Positions 36,754 to 52,356 of a stretch of DNA of 64,000 bases are shown piece by piece (the first letter of the stretch is position 1; the number at the start of each line of letters is the position of its first letter). This DNA is from Paragordius varius (Eukaryota; Animalia; Nematomorpha). Made by a program: the position numbers and the translations under genes. The stretch spans positions 310,001 through 374,000 of the forward strand of contig OZ176058.1 of NCBI GenBank assembly GCA_964247055.1, in the 5' to 3' direction. Below the pieces are notes generated by a model that saw nothing but the letters and a program-made list of their open reading frames with translations, was not told the origin of the DNA and searched no databases.

Positions 36754-39479
36754 TAATCTCTAAAAGGATATAATATTTGTAAAAATTTAAAATTTACGGA
36801 TAAAACATAAAAGTTAAAAGACAATTATTTTTTTCTAAAAGAAAACCAACCCCATACTTTTTTTAATCCTTAATTATCCTAATAAAATCATTTATTTACA
36901 ATTGTAAAATACATAAACTATAAATTAAAATTATACGGACAAAACGTAAAAATATAAAGACAAATATTGTTTTCTAAAAGAAAACCAACCCCATACTTTT
37001 TTAAACCTAAATTAATCCTAATAAGATCATTTAATTACAATTGTAAAATACATAAACTATAAGTTAAAATTATACGGACAAAACGTAATTATATAAAGAC
37101 AAATTTTTTTAAAAAAACAACCATACTTTTTTAACTTGATTAATTTAAATATCATTATTTTTATCTAAAATGTATCAAATAGAAATGAATATATGTAAAT
37201 TCTTACTATTCAATTATATCATTTTAAAGTTTAATCAGTAGTTTATGTAAGAATAATTAAGGTTTGAAAATGTATGGGGTTGTCTTTTAAAGAATTTGGT
37301 TGTCTTTATATTTTTACGTTTCACGCCTTCAATGACCTTATTACTATTGGTAATTAGAAATTCTCAAATGATATCTACACTTTTTACAGTAAAAACTGAA
37401 ATTATCATACATTTCATAATTTGATAATATATATCAGTTTTATAGGAAAAACTAAGGATCAAAATACATTCTTATACCTTTTGTATTAAAAATAAATATA
37501 CAACAAAATCCATTATAAAGATGGCATAATTATATAGCTCATACTCTTTTATATTAATAATTTAAAATATTTATTTCATATCTTATAACATAATAGTTAG
37601 CAGGCTGGCTTATAAAAGATATTATTTTAAAAAAATTATAGCATTTTTTTGAGGGGTATTTAATTAGATATCAAATTTTTATTCTTCGTTATTCGTTTCT
37701 CTTTTCTACGCCGATTCTGATAGGCGAGAATTTTTGGCTATTTTCTAGACTTTTTTAAATTTATCTTAAAACAATAGAGTAAAAACTGAACGTACAATAC
37801 GTATAAATATAAAGACATATATTTTTTTTATAAAAGACAACCATAATTTTTTAATCTTGACTTAGTTTAACATAACTCATTTTAAATGACAGTGTAAAAT
37901 AGAGATATATAATACTAACACAATCAATTCTATATTTTAAAATTGTAACTAAATAGCTTATATGGGAAACATTAAGGTTTTAAAAAGTATGGTTTTTTAG
38001 ATATAAATATTTGTCATTATATTTTTACGTCTTGCCGGCATAATTTCAATTTTTACTATTTGTGCTCAAAAATGAGGATTAAATATATATATAAATTTTT
38101 ATATTTTGTAGATTTTATAAAAGAGATGGCATATTCTTAACTATCTTAACATCGCAGTATAATATATTACTTAAATATGGAAAAATTAAAAATTTATACC
38201 ATAATATTATATATACCATCGACTAATAAAATATAAATATTTGAAAAAAAAATGATTTACTATTTCCTAATTAATAATAAATTAAAATAGAAATATTTGC
38301 CCGTGTCTATCACACTATACACTATATATTATTTCTAAATAATTAAATTTTTGACTGCCCTCAAAAAGCTAATTAATATTTCTGAAATTACAGTAAAATT
38401 GAAATTATATTAAAGGACAAAACGTAAAAATATAAAGACAAATATTTTTAAAAACCTTAAATTCTCATATATATTTATATATATATATTATTTACTTAAA
38501 AATGTAAAATATATTATTGATTGTATTAGAAAATATATCTATATTTCGTGGTTTGCATTATAAAAATGGGTATTATTTGAATTATTCAAGTTTATACAGT
38601 AAAAATTGATATTATACTATGGAAGGACAAAACGTAAAAATATAAAGACAATATTTTTATCTAAAACACAACCACATACTTTTTAAAACCTTAAATTCGC
38701 GTAAATAAATGCTATTAATTAGATTTTAATATATATTATTGATTGTATTAGAAAATATATCCTTATATCATGTTTGCAATTTCAAACAATGAGTTTTAAT
38801 TGAATTAATCAAGTTTATACAGGAAAAATTGAAATTATACGGATGGACAAACATAAAAATATAAAAACTAATTTTAACTAAAAGACAAACCCATACTTTT
38901 TTAAACCTTAATTTATCCTATGAAAAACATTAAATTACAATCGTAATATACACAATTGATTGTGTTACCATACATTTCAGTTTAAAACAATGAGATATTT
39001 TTAAAAAGATTAAAAAAGTAGGGTTGTCTTTTGAAAAAAATTTTTGTCTTTTCGATTTTTACATTTTGTCCGTATAATTTCATTTGTTACTTATATAATC
39101 TTTTCTATGTTCACCAATCAATGCTTTGAAAACAGAATTCTATTAAAAACTAATTGAAAATATTTAATAAATTAAAAAAATTTAAAATATAAATTAATTT
39201 ATTTATTATTACGTCTGCGATGCACATATATGCATATAATTTTATAAAATTAACAATTGTCAATTCATATTGCCATAAAAATTATATTAATTCAATTTAA
39301 TTAAAAATATTTTATATATAATATGTATAGAGATTAAAAATATTTTATTAAATAATATGGGTAAAAAGATTCATTTAACAATATTCCTCAAGATCACCTG
39401 ATTATATTCTTTTTTTTGCGTGAGTAAAATATAAAAAATTTTAACTTTTATAAATATATTGCAATCCTTTTGGTTTAAT

Positions 39480-42400
39480 TAACCAATATTTTACAAAATC
39501 ATCCAGATCAGCTGTTTTTCTTTGATGTATTCGTTTTTTTGTACATATGTTAAGAATATGTAATAATTAGGGCAAAAGTAACGTATTTTTGAGGATTTTT
39601 TTGCAAGATAATAAATTTTTCCTTTTGAATTCTATAGTAATGTCTTTAAATGTGTCTGTCTCAGTGTATTTCATTTCCTGAATTTAACAAATTTTAACAT
39701 TTTTACAATTTTATATATATCATCTGATTATTTTTTCAAGCTGTGTTTCATTGATTGATATTTTGAATTTTCTAAAATGGCGTCCTGAAATATTATGTAA
39801 TCTGATGGTGCAAAGATATATCCTGCAGAATTTTTGATTCGGATCAGCTGATTACTTGTTTTTGGAATAATAAAACATATTTGCAGTAAACTTTTTTTCA
39901 AATAATCCTTTTTTTGCATTACTATTTATGGTAATGATAACGTGTATTTTTTTTAAATTTTCATATCAGCTGTTTTTTTCATGTGTTTAATTGTTGTTGA
40001 ATAAATTAAATTATAAAAAAAGGCATCTTGAAAAAATAGGTAATTCGATGGTGAAGAAATGTGACCTTCAAAATTTTTTATGCAGATCAGCTGATTTCTC
40101 AATCATTTTTAACATTGTTGTACATGTTGAGAATGTAGTAATCATAGAGAAAAATAAAAATATGCAAATTTATTTTGGAATTTCATCCAGATCAGCTGAT
40201 TTTTATTTTAAGGTGCAATGAATCGAAAATGAATTTTTAAGGGTGTTTTAATGGTCATAAATTAACAAAATTTCTTAACCCTTTCTAACATTTGTTAGTG
40301 GGTGAATTCCAATATTTTCGTGTATGCAGATCAGCTGATTTTCCTTTTTTCCATTGTTATGTTGAGAATGTAAAAATCATGGGAAATACAAGAAAATGTT
40401 TAAGTATATTTTGAAATTTTATCCAGATCATTTTGATTTTGTTAATTGCAATGAAATATTAAAAATATGTAAGTACATTTTAAAATTTTATCCGGATCAG
40501 CTGATTTTCTTTTTTCCATTGTTTTTACGATATATAATATATGTCCTCATTAAATAAGTTTCTTTTCTATTTTAATCATTGTTTTAATATTTCTGTGTAT
40601 GTGCAGATCAGCTGATTTTTTCAATCAATTTTTGTACATGTTGAGAATGTAATAATCATGGAAATATGTCAATTATTTTGGAATTTCATCCAGATCAGCT
40701 GATTTTTCTTTTTTTTCCATTTTTTAATTGCAATAACTCCAAAATAAATTAAGGGTCTAAAAAAATTGACATTAAATATACTTTTGTTTTTAACAATCAT
40801 TGTTAGTGAGTGAATTCAATATTTTTGTATTCAGATCAGCTGATTTTTCAATGATTTTTAACATTGTTGAGAATGTAATAATCATGGAAATACATGAAAA
40901 TATGCGAATTTATTGTAGATTTATATCCAGATCAGCTGATTTTATTTTTTATTTCATTGTTTTTACGTGTAATAACTCCAAAATAAATTTTTAAGGGATA
41001 TATAAACTATGCCCTAATAAGCTGTTTTAAACATTGTTTGAGTGATTTCTATATTATTATATATGCAGATCAGCTGATTTTTAACGGTTTTTAACCATGT
41101 TGAGAATGTAATAATCATGGAAATACATAAAAATGCCTAAGTAAATTTTGAAACTTAATCCAGATCAGCTCATTTTCTCTTTTTATTTTGTTATCAAGTT
41201 AAGAATGTAATATTCATGAAAATATGTAGGTATATTTTGGAATTCTACACAGATCAGATGATTTTTTTTGCACTATAAAATGGTCGTAATATAATATCCT
41301 GATCAGATAAATTTCTTTTCTGTTTTTATTATTGTTTGAGGGAATTTTGTATGCAGATCAGCTGATTTTTCAATTTTTACCCATGTTGAGAATGTAATAA
41401 TCATGGAAATATGTCAGTTATTTTGGATTTTCATCCAGATCAGCTGATTTTCCTTTTTTTAATTGAAATGACTTCAAAATTTAAGGGTTTTCAAATAAAT
41501 GGTCGCAAATTTACATATATCCAGAAAAAAATAGGTGTTTTTAATTTGGGTGAATTTAATATTTTTATATTTGCAGATCAGCTGTTTTTTCGATTATTTT
41601 TAATGATTATTTAACCATGTTGAGAATGTAATAATCATGGAAATACATGAAAAAAAGAAAAATTTTGGAATTTTATCCAGATCAGCTGATTTTTTTTATT
41701 TCCATTGTTTTTCAGAGCAATAACTTGAAAATAAATATTCAAGCGTCTTATTAGATTATATGGTCATAAATTACAAAATTTCTTTACTGTTTTTAACATT
41801 CATTGTTTGGGTGATTCCAATATTTTTGTATTGGCAGATCAGCTTTTTCAAATGTTGGAAACAATTTTTAGTTGTTTTTATACATGTTAAGAATGTAATA
41901 ATCATGGAAATACATAAGAATATGCGAATTTATTGTAGAATTCTTTCCAGATCAACTGATTTTCATTTTTTCCATTGTTTTTACGTGCAATAACTCCAAA
42001 ATAAATTTTTAAGGAATATATAAACTAGTCCTCATTAAATAAGCTATTTTTAACATTCATTGTGTGAGTAAATTCAATACTTTTGTACGTGCAGATCAGC
42101 TGATTTTTCAATGATTTTTAACATTGTTGAGAATGTAATCATGGAAATACATGAAAATATGCGAATTTATTGTAAATTTATCTAGATCAGCTGATTTTCC
42201 TTTTTTTCCATTTTGTTAATTGCGATGAAATAAATTTTTATAAGGGGATAAAATTCATATCAAAGATACCTTTTAACTGATTTTAACATTCATTGTTTGA
42301 AAAAATTCAAAATTTTGTATATGCAGATCAGCTGATTTTTGAAATATTTAACATTGTTGTAAATGTTGAGAATATAATAATCATAGAAATATGTCAGTTA

Positions 42401-42910
42401 TTTTTGAATTTCATTCTTTTTTCCATTGTTTTTAGTTCTTTTTATACATGTTAAGAATGTAGTAATCATGGAAATATGTCAGTTATTTTAAAATTTCATC
42501 CAGATATTTTCTTTTCCCATTGTTTTTAAGATCAATAACTCAAAAATAAATTTTTAAGGGATATATAAAGTATTTCCTCATTAAATAAGCTGTTTTTAAC
42601 ATTTGTTAGTGGGTGAATTCAATACTTTTGTATGCAGATCAGCTGATTTTTCAATTATTTTTAACATTTTTATACATGTTGAGAATGTAATAATCATGGA
42701 AATACATGAAATATGCAAATAAATTTTGGAGTTTTATCCAAATCAGCTTATTTTCTTTTTTTCCATTGTTTTTACGTGTAATAATTCCAAAATAAATTTT
42801 TAAGGGATATATAAAATCTTATGGTCGAATTACACATATATATCCATATTAGATTGATTTCTTAGTTGATTTTAACATTATATTTGTATATGCAGATCAG
42901 CTGATTTTTC
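39480..42910 (-). repeat. Tandem array of the DGAT1 terminal codons ([10 protein letters not shown]) + 3'UTR; about 12 units of 240-310 bp, plus a diverged unit at about 39.5 kb
   Basis: + strand unit TGCAGATCAGCTGATTTT...CATGTTGAGAATGTAATAATCATGGAAATA...TCCAGATCAGCTGATTTT at about 40081, 40325, 40603, 40830, 41064, 41351, 41572, 41833, 42090, 42323, 42633 and 42892. The middle part is the reverse complement of the DGAT1 last codons. Confidence 0.92.
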
Positions 42911-42912
42911 AA

Positions 42913-45900
42913 TCAATTTTTAACCATGTTAAGAATGTAATAATCATGGAAATACATGAGAATACAAATAGGTTGACCTAGGATAAGACTTAACCAAACC
43001 AAGATATTACCCCATTGACCACCCTTCAAATAAGTTGAAACGAGGTATGCTAAAGGAACCTATTTTTATAAAAAAAAATTTTTTTTGATAATTACAGTTA
43101 AAATTATTTAATAATTGATATTCTAAAAAAATTATTAAAGTGAATTTTTTTGGAAGCTTTAAAAAATTATTGAATGTAAAAATAGACAAAACAATTTTTT
43201 TGAAAAAATTTTTTTTATCAATAATTACAGTTACAATTATTTAATTATAATGATATTCAATTTTTCGAAAATAGAGTGAATTTTTTTAAAAAAAAATTTT
43301 TGATAATCACAGTTAAAATTATTTAATTTATAAATAATAATATTGAAAAAAGGGTTAATTTTTTAAAAATAGAATAATTTTTTAAAAAATTTAACAAAAT
43401 AATATAAAAAGACGAATGTAAAACAAAACTAAATTGCAAAAAAAAACCATAGTTTTTGAACCCTTGAGAATTATTAAACCTATCGTTTTAAAGTTTGAAT
43501 TGAAATATAAGGTAGAGATATGTAAATTGGAAATACAATCAAATTTTAAATTTAATGAATGCAATATATACCTCAAATATCTAAGGGTCAAAATGTTTTT
43601 ACTGTATATATTTTAGAATCATTCAAATACGGTAAAAACCTGAAAAATGCGAAAGTTAACAAAAAAACAATATTGTGATAAATTATAATATACAGTAAAA
43701 ATTGAAATTATACTATGAAAACGTGAAAATATAAAGACAAATATTTTTGTTATCTAAAAGGCAATAACCAAATATTTAACCAAATTTTTTTAATATATGC
43801 TATTTAATTAAAATTGTAAAATATAGAATTGATTATATTAATTATATATTTATCCCTTTATTTCACACACTTTGCCATTTAAAACAACAATGAGAGTTAG
43901 TTATTTTGGAATAAATCAATTGAAAAAAATATTTGTCTTTATATTTTTACATTTTGTCTCCCTAGTCATTATTGGCATTAATCAATAAAAGTCTTATAAA
44001 TTAATCAATAATATAAAACTAAAATGGAAATATATATAATTTTAGAAAACAATAAAAAAAAATTAATTAAATATAAAACTTACTTGCATAAGCATTCCAA
44101 AAAAAGCCCAGAGTCGAAACATATGAAGTGGGACACTCAACAAATACTATTATTTTCCGAATAAAAATAATGTAAAAAAAAAACAACAATATTAAAAACG
44201 TACAATAAAAAATATTTTAAAAATCTAATCCTAACACACACGGCCCGCGAGATATATGGATAATTTAACAAACAACATTAAGCGTAATAATTTTCTAATA
44301 CATTATTTTTGAATAATTTTCTAATACATTATTTTGAATAATTTTCGAAAAATATTGAAATACGCTACAAATTTGATATATATATGGACAAAACCTTAAA
44401 AGTATAAATAGAAAAGTTTTTTCTCAAAAAACAACCGCCTACCTTATAAAACTTGATTTTTTTTTAAATATAAATAACTTTAAACTAAAAAGTGAAATAA
44501 CACAGAAATGTAAATTGGTAATACATTTAATTATGTATTTTACAATTGTAATTACAGTAAAAACTTGAATTATACGGAAGGACAAAACGTATATATAAAG
44601 ACAAATTTTTTCTCAAAAAACAACCGCATAACTTAAAAATCTTGAATTATTTTTTTAAATATAATTAATTCATTGTTTTAAATTACCAAGTATCATATAA
44701 GTATGTAAATTGGTTACACAATTAATTATGTATTTTACAATTGTAATTACGTAAAAATTCGAATTAAACTATGGAAGGACAAAACGTAAAAATATAAAGA
44801 CAAAAAATATTTTTTTCCAAAAGACATACCTTTTGGATTGTGAATTATTTTTTTTTCAATATATTTAACTCATTGTTTTAAATTACCAAGTATCATATGG
44901 AAATGTAAATTGGTAGGTATAACACAATCAATTATGTATTTTACGATTGTAATTATAAAATATTTTTTATATAAAGATAATTTAAATTTTAAAATGATTG
45001 TTTGTGTTTTGAAAAAAAAATATTTGTCTTTAAAAAGAATTCTGTCTTTATATTGTTTTAAATCAAAATTCAAACGTTGGTCCATGTGACTATTCACTCA
45101 AAAATGTATGATTTCTTTAATATCTATAATAACTTTTAAACACACCAGTTATTTTTTTGTTAAATATCCTTCCAACTATAAACTAATAGGAGATGAGATA
45201 AAATTGAAATTATACTATTAATACTATGGAAGAAAAACAAAACGTAAAAATATAATGATAAAAAATACTTTTTTTGAAAGACATTTTTAAACTTATATTA
45301 ATCCAAATACTTAATATCAAGCCCAATATATATAATTGATTATGTTTTTGCAATATATAAATCGCTTTTTTATATACTTTGGAAATAAGAAACAATGAGT
45401 TAAATGTAAATTAATCTAGATTTTAATAGTATGAGCAGTTGTCTTTTAGAAAAAAATTGTCTTTACGTTTTGTCAGTATAATTTCTCAATTTAAAAACTA
45501 ATATATATAGTTTTTATTTTCAAATTGTTATAAAAACAACCAACCAACCAAGCCCTTTTATGAACAAACAGAAAATAAAAATTAATTGTTATGTAGTGCA
45601 ATAATACTTAAAAAATAAAATTGCTTTTTAATGTGTAAAAACACTTCCTTGAATATAAATTTTTTTGTGTAATAATCCCCTATTTGAGAAATCCAATCAC
45701 AAAGCCTACATATATTGAGATAAAAACCTGTATATATATACCATTTACAGTTCAAATTCACCCTAAAAATAAATTATGAAACTTCGGTCTAACATAACTC
45801 ATCATTAATATTAAATATATTTTTATGGCAAAGTTTATTATTTTTTTCAGTATTATATTGATTACATACAAAATTTCTTTTTTTATAAATATAAAAAATA

Positions 45901-48900
45901 TAGCTAATATTTAATTTAATAAACACATAATTTATTTTAAGAGGTGAATTTAAATTGTTCGAGGGTGTATTTAAACTTAAATGGTATATTTTTATATTTT
46001 AATTAATTTTATTATATATATAAATATATATAAAAATTTAATTTTATATATATTATAAATATATATAAAAAATGTAATTTTATAGTATTTTAAAATAAAA
46101 TAAATAAAATAATTAATTAAATAATTGTAAAATTAAAATTTTTTATTTAAAAATAAAACACTATAAAAATATACCTCATGGAAAAAAGCACTGACCAGAA
46201 AAACTATTATTGAAGCGACAAGCTTTGAAACTCCCAAATCCAAAAGCGGGAAATATAAATGTCTGAAAAATTAAAAAAAAATATAAAATTAAAATTTATA
46301 ATAATTTTTTATAATAAAATTAAATAAATTTATTTTTAACAATTTTTACAGTAAAATTTAATAAATTTACAGTAAAATAAATTTATATGGTATAAAAATT
46401 TTTACAGTGAATTATTTTAATAAAATTAAATTTTTTTAATAAAATTAAAATTTATAATAATTTTTTACTATAAAATTAAATAAATTTATACATGTTATTA
46501 AAATTTAGTGAAACTAAATAAATTTACAGTTAAATTAAATAAATTTATATATGTTATAAAAAATTAAAAGCATAGTAAAATTGATAAAATAAAATATAAA
46601 TAAATTTACAGTAAAATTAAATAAATTTACAGTTAAATTAAATAAATTTATATATGTTATAAAAAATTAAAAGCATAGTAAAATTGATAAAATTAAAAAA
46701 AATTTTTTTAAATAAAATTAAAATTTATAATAATTTTTTACAATAAAATTATTTTTTTTAAAAATATAAATAAATTTATATATGTTATAATAATTTTTTA
46801 CAGTAAACTTTAATAAATTTATTTTAATAAAATTATTTTTTTTAATAAAATTATTTTTTTTTAATAATTATATATTTACAGTAAAATTTAATAAATTTAT
46901 ATTATAAAAGTTAAATAAATTTTAATAAATTTATTTTAATAAAATTAAAATTTATAATAATTTTTCATAATAAATTTGATTTTAATAAAATTAAATTTTT
47001 TTAAATAAAATTGATTTAAATAAAATTAAATTTTTTTAATAAAATTAAAATTTATAATAGTTTTTTACAATAAAATTATTTTTTTAAAAAATAAATAAAT
47101 TTACAGTAAATTTTTTAAATTTATATTATTAAAAATTAAATTAATTTTAATAAATTTATTTTTAACAATTTTTACAGTATAATTTAATAAATTTACAGTA
47201 AAATAAATTTATATGGTATAAAATTTTTTTACAGTGAAATTAAATAAATTTTTATAATTTATAATTATTTTAATAAAATTAAAATTTATAATAAATTTTA
47301 CAATAAAATTATTTTTTAAAAAAATATAATTAAATTTACAGTAAAATTAAATAAATTTACAATTAAATAAAATAAATTTATATATGTTATAAAAAATTAA
47401 AAGCATAGTAAAATTGATAAAATAAAATTGATAAAATTTAAATTTATAATAATTTTAATTTTTTTACAGTAAGATATATTTATAAGTTATAAAAAATTAT
47501 ATATGTTATAAAAAATTAAAAGCATAGTAAAATTAATAAAATAAAATTATTTTTTTTAATAAAATTAATCCATAATAATTCTTTATAATAAAATTATTTT
47601 TTTAAAAAAATATAATTAAATTTACAGTAAAATTTAATAAATTTACAGTAAATTAAATTTATATGGTATAAAAAATTTTACAGTGAAATTAAATAAATTT
47701 ATATATATTATAATAATTATTATAATAAAATTAAATTTTTATAATAAAATTAAATTTATTATAATTATAAATAGATAAATAGAAAAATATATAGAAGTAA
47801 ATTTGATAATCAATAGATAAAACGTAGCAATCATAAGAGACAAATGGATATTATAAAAAAAAATAATACAATTATCGTTTTTTTTTGTGTTAATATATAA
47901 ATAAATGGTTAAATTGGGAAACTCATTTAATTTTACATTTAATAAAAACTACCAAACACAGATAAATATATTATATATATAAATTTTTGTAAGAAATATA
48001 CATATTAAAAATCAGCCATCTACTTTCTTAAACCCTATGGTTTTTTTTGAAGAATTAAACTCATCGTTATATTTTGCAAAAAAAAGGAATCTACATGTAA
48101 GTTACAGTAAAAATTGAAAATATACGTGAGTAAAAAACGTAAAAATTTAAAAGAACCAAATAATTTTTTAAGAATTATTAAATGTTCCCACACAAAAACA
48201 TTTTGATTACCATTGCAATTTGTAATTACACTAAAATTTTAAATTTAACAGAGGGACAAAACGTAAAAATATAAAGACAATAATTATTATTCAAAAGGCC
48301 AACCAAATCTTGAATTATTTTAATATTTCTAATTGATTTAAACTGCAAATTATATAATAGATTGTATTACCAATAAACATTTCTATCTCATACTTGTTAG
48401 TTTGAAACAATTAATAAGTTTAAAAAGTATGGAATCTTTTAAAAAAAATATTTGTCTTAATATTTTTACGTTGTTATGTCCGGACAAATTTTAGTTTTTA
48501 CTGTAATTAACTAGAAAAGTAATTTATATCACTATTCGCTATTTTTCCCACCTTGAATCATGTGAGTTATATAATAAAAAATTGAAATTATACTATGGAC
48601 AAAACGTAAATATATAAAGACAAATATTTTATTCAATCTTAATTTTTTTGCAATAAAATTCATTTTTTTTAAAACAACAAAGTATAAAATAGACAGACAT
48701 CTATATTGGTAACACAATTAATTATATATTTTATTTAATTGTAAATTCATCAATTATATGAAAAAGAAAATTAAATTTAAAAGAGTATGGAGTTATCTTT
48801 TTGAAATATTTATTATAGGTTTTGTCCATAGTATAATTTCAGTTTTTACTGTAAATTATATTAATATATGACATTGGTTATATATATATAAATATAATCG

Positions 48901-50608
48901 TCTCCTCTTAGTTTATACCTTTCGTCGATAAAATTATAATATTTAACTGTTTATTTGTAATTAGAGTAAAATTTGAAATTATACGTGAAAATATAAAGAC
49001 AAAAATTTTTATTTAAAAGACAACCATCCTATTATACAACCTTAATTGTTCTTATATAATAATTAAATGTAAAATACACATATATATTCCATAATTAACA
49101 AATCTAAACGATTATTTATATTTAAGTAAACCAAGTTTTAAAAATTATGATGATGTCTTTTAGAAAATTCAGGTTATTTCAAAATCTTACATTTTGCCCG
49201 TATAATTTTAATTTTTACTGTAAAATTAACATTGGATACTAATTCATCTAGTTTATTATTGGGAAAAATAGTTTAATTTTGTTTATCTAAAAAATATTTT
49301 TTAGCTGTTTTTTTGGATTTGACATTAGTTTTGTTTGAGAATATCAAATTTTATTGTTAGAAAATTTATGCCAGAAAGAATATACATATATTGGCTTACA
49401 GTTTTTTATCATTTAGCTCTAAAATTATTATTTAATATATATTGATATAATTTGGCATCAATAATCATTAACTAATTAGTGTTGATAAATTTTTTGTGTA
49501 TATTGTTATTGTAGAAAATATTTTATTAATTAATTAATCATCATTAAATTATAATTTGGAATCGATTGATATATATATATATATATATATTATAGTAAAA
49601 ATTGAAATTATTTACGTGAGGACAAAACGTAAAAAGAACAATTTTATTTTTCAAAAAAGATAACCTTACTTTTTAAACTTTAATTTTTTTAGTATAAACT
49701 ATTTAATTACATTTTAAATGATATAATTGAATGTATATCAACAATTTAATTATCTCAATTTTGCAAAACCCAACACAATAAGTAATATTTAAATTAAGTC
49801 AATATTTGTTTTTTTTTGAAGTAAAAAATTTGTCTTTATAATTTATTTTACGTTTTGTCCTTCCGTATATAATTGCTGTAATTTTTAATTACAAATAGTA
49901 AAATAACCAAAATCCTAATCTGACTCTACTTATAAAATAGATGGCGCTTTTATATTTTAACTATCCATTTAAAAGGATCTAAAAGGGGATGACTAGAATT
50001 TTAGTTGGTAATTATAATTTTAATTTCATATTTTATAATTATATATAAAACATATATTAGGAAACATATTTTCGCCTTACCTATAAATTAAAAATAAATT
50101 AATATTAGAAGGAATCAATCACTATACATATTCTCTGTAAGAAAAATAATTCAAAAATTCTAATGCGTGTGTTGCTTTTAGTTTTAAGACTTAGGATTCA
50201 TTCAAAAAAGTTATATCGAGTTATTGATAATATACCATTTACAATTTAAATTTACCCCCTTGAACAATTCAAATTCACCCTCAAACATTTAAATTCACCC
50301 TATTGAACAATACAAATTCACCCTAAAAATAATAAATTATGTATTTTCAAACTAATCTAACTCATTATTAATATGATTTTTATTTTGCAAAAATATATAA
50401 AAATATAGGTAATTTTTAATATTAAAAAACACATATTTGAATTGTTTAAGGATGAATTTGAATTGTTCGAGGGTGAATTTGAATTGTTTAAGGGTGAATT
50501 TGAATTGTAAATGGTATATTTCGATTTAAAAAAGAAAATTTTTTATTATTACTTCACACTATTAAATATTTTATTCAAAAATTATAATCCTCTCGATTTT
50601 TTATAATA

Positions 50609-50645
<37 letters not shown>

Positions 50646-52321
50646 TGATTACAAAATTTACAGTAAAAACGGTAATTATACAAGGACAAAACGTAGAAAT
50701 ATAAAGACAAATACTTTTTCTAAAAGAAAAAAATCTTGATCAAGTTAAATTTAAATAAAAATTGTTGAATATTGCAAAGTATGTAAAAGAGATTTAATTG
50801 GTAACACAATCAATTATACATTTTGTAATTGCTTATATAAATCAATTATATCGGAAATTTAGAAATAAAAATTATAGGCAGTTGTGTTTTAGAAAAAAAT
50901 TTTGTCTTTATATTTTTACGTTTTGTCCATAGGATAATTTAAGTTTTTTACTGTATCAAATAAATAATTTGTACACAATTTCAAATTATGAAACCTTTTA
51001 AAAACTTTGAGGCAATTCGTGGTTCTTTTATGATTTTTAAAAAGATTAACCTTTATTGATTGTTCAAGTTTGAAAAATTGCGAATTCCCTATCGAAATAT
51101 TTTTTAAAATTCTCAAGACTATTATTTCACAACGCAATATTGTAAAAAATATCGACTAAATAGGCCATTAATTATTTTGTTGAAACATAAATGCTTGAAA
51201 TAATACCTAAAACAAAATTTTTTTTAATATAATTATTAATTATTTAACTACTAAAAACTAAATATTTTAGATATAAAAATCTTTCTTTAATTACTTATAT
51301 ATCAAATTTTAAATATAGATATAAATTTTATATATATATATATATATATTTCGCTCACCTTGAACACCATCTGTGTACAGGTATGTTCCAACTTTGCCAA
51401 AATTCATTTATAGTTTCAGCATTCCTATAATTAAAAAAAATATTTAGAAATAATATTTTTCGAAAAATAAAAATTAATCAAAGGAAATTTATATTTATTT
51501 AAATAAAAAAAATTATAAAATATTCAAAGAATCTAAAATTTTTACATAACAAAAATTAAATAAAAATATCCTTAAATATTGTAATTTAAAAATATTTAAA
51601 AAAATTAAATAATAAAAAAAAAATTAAATAAAAAAATTAAAATTAATAAATTATTTTTAAATTTAAAAAAAATCAAAAATAAAATAAATAATTTTAAATA
51701 TTTTTAAATTTAATTTTTTATGAATATTTATAAATATAAAAAATACTATTTATACCACCAATCATTATAAAAATTTCGATCAGCAAAATATAAAAAATAA
51801 TTTAATAAAAAATAATTGGAAATTTTTTTTAAATAAAAAAAATAATTTTTAAAAAATAAATAATATTTTTAAATATAAAATATATATATACCACCAATCA
51901 TTGTAAAAATTTTGATCAACAAATTAAAAAATTCAATTTTATACAAATATATATAATATTATTAAATAAAATATAAATATTTTATTATTTAAATTAAAAA
52001 TATAATAAAATAAATTGGAAATTTATATTTTTAAAATTAATCAAAGTATTTTGAAATTAAAAGAAATTATTATAAAATTTAAATAAAAAATAATGATTTA
52101 TTTTATACTAAAAAAAATTTTTTTCTTAAGAAATTTTTAAAAAAATAAAAATTATTTATAAATATTTTATTTAAATAATAAATTTAAATAAAAAAATAAA
52201 TTAATTTAAAAAAAATATTTTTAAGAAATTAAAATTTATAAATTTTTAAAATAAAAAATTTATATATATATACCACCAATCATTATGAAAATTTCGATCA
52301 GCAAAATATAAAAAGTTACAT

Positions 52322-52356
<35 letters not shown>

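Larger units (their letters stand above)
35140..39090. mobile_element. Dense cluster of Tc1/mariner-type MITE family B ends and full copies
   Basis: Recurrent TIR TA-CAGTAAAAATTGAAATTATAC..GGACAAAACGTAAAAATATAAAGACAAA...GACAACCATACTTT in both orientations. CAGT termini with TA flanks are typical of Tc1/mariner-pogo derivatives. Confidence 0.75.

Noticed and set aside
39991-41993. Plus-strand RSADF-containing ORFs
   Set aside because: Antisense readings of the DGAT1 3'-end array.
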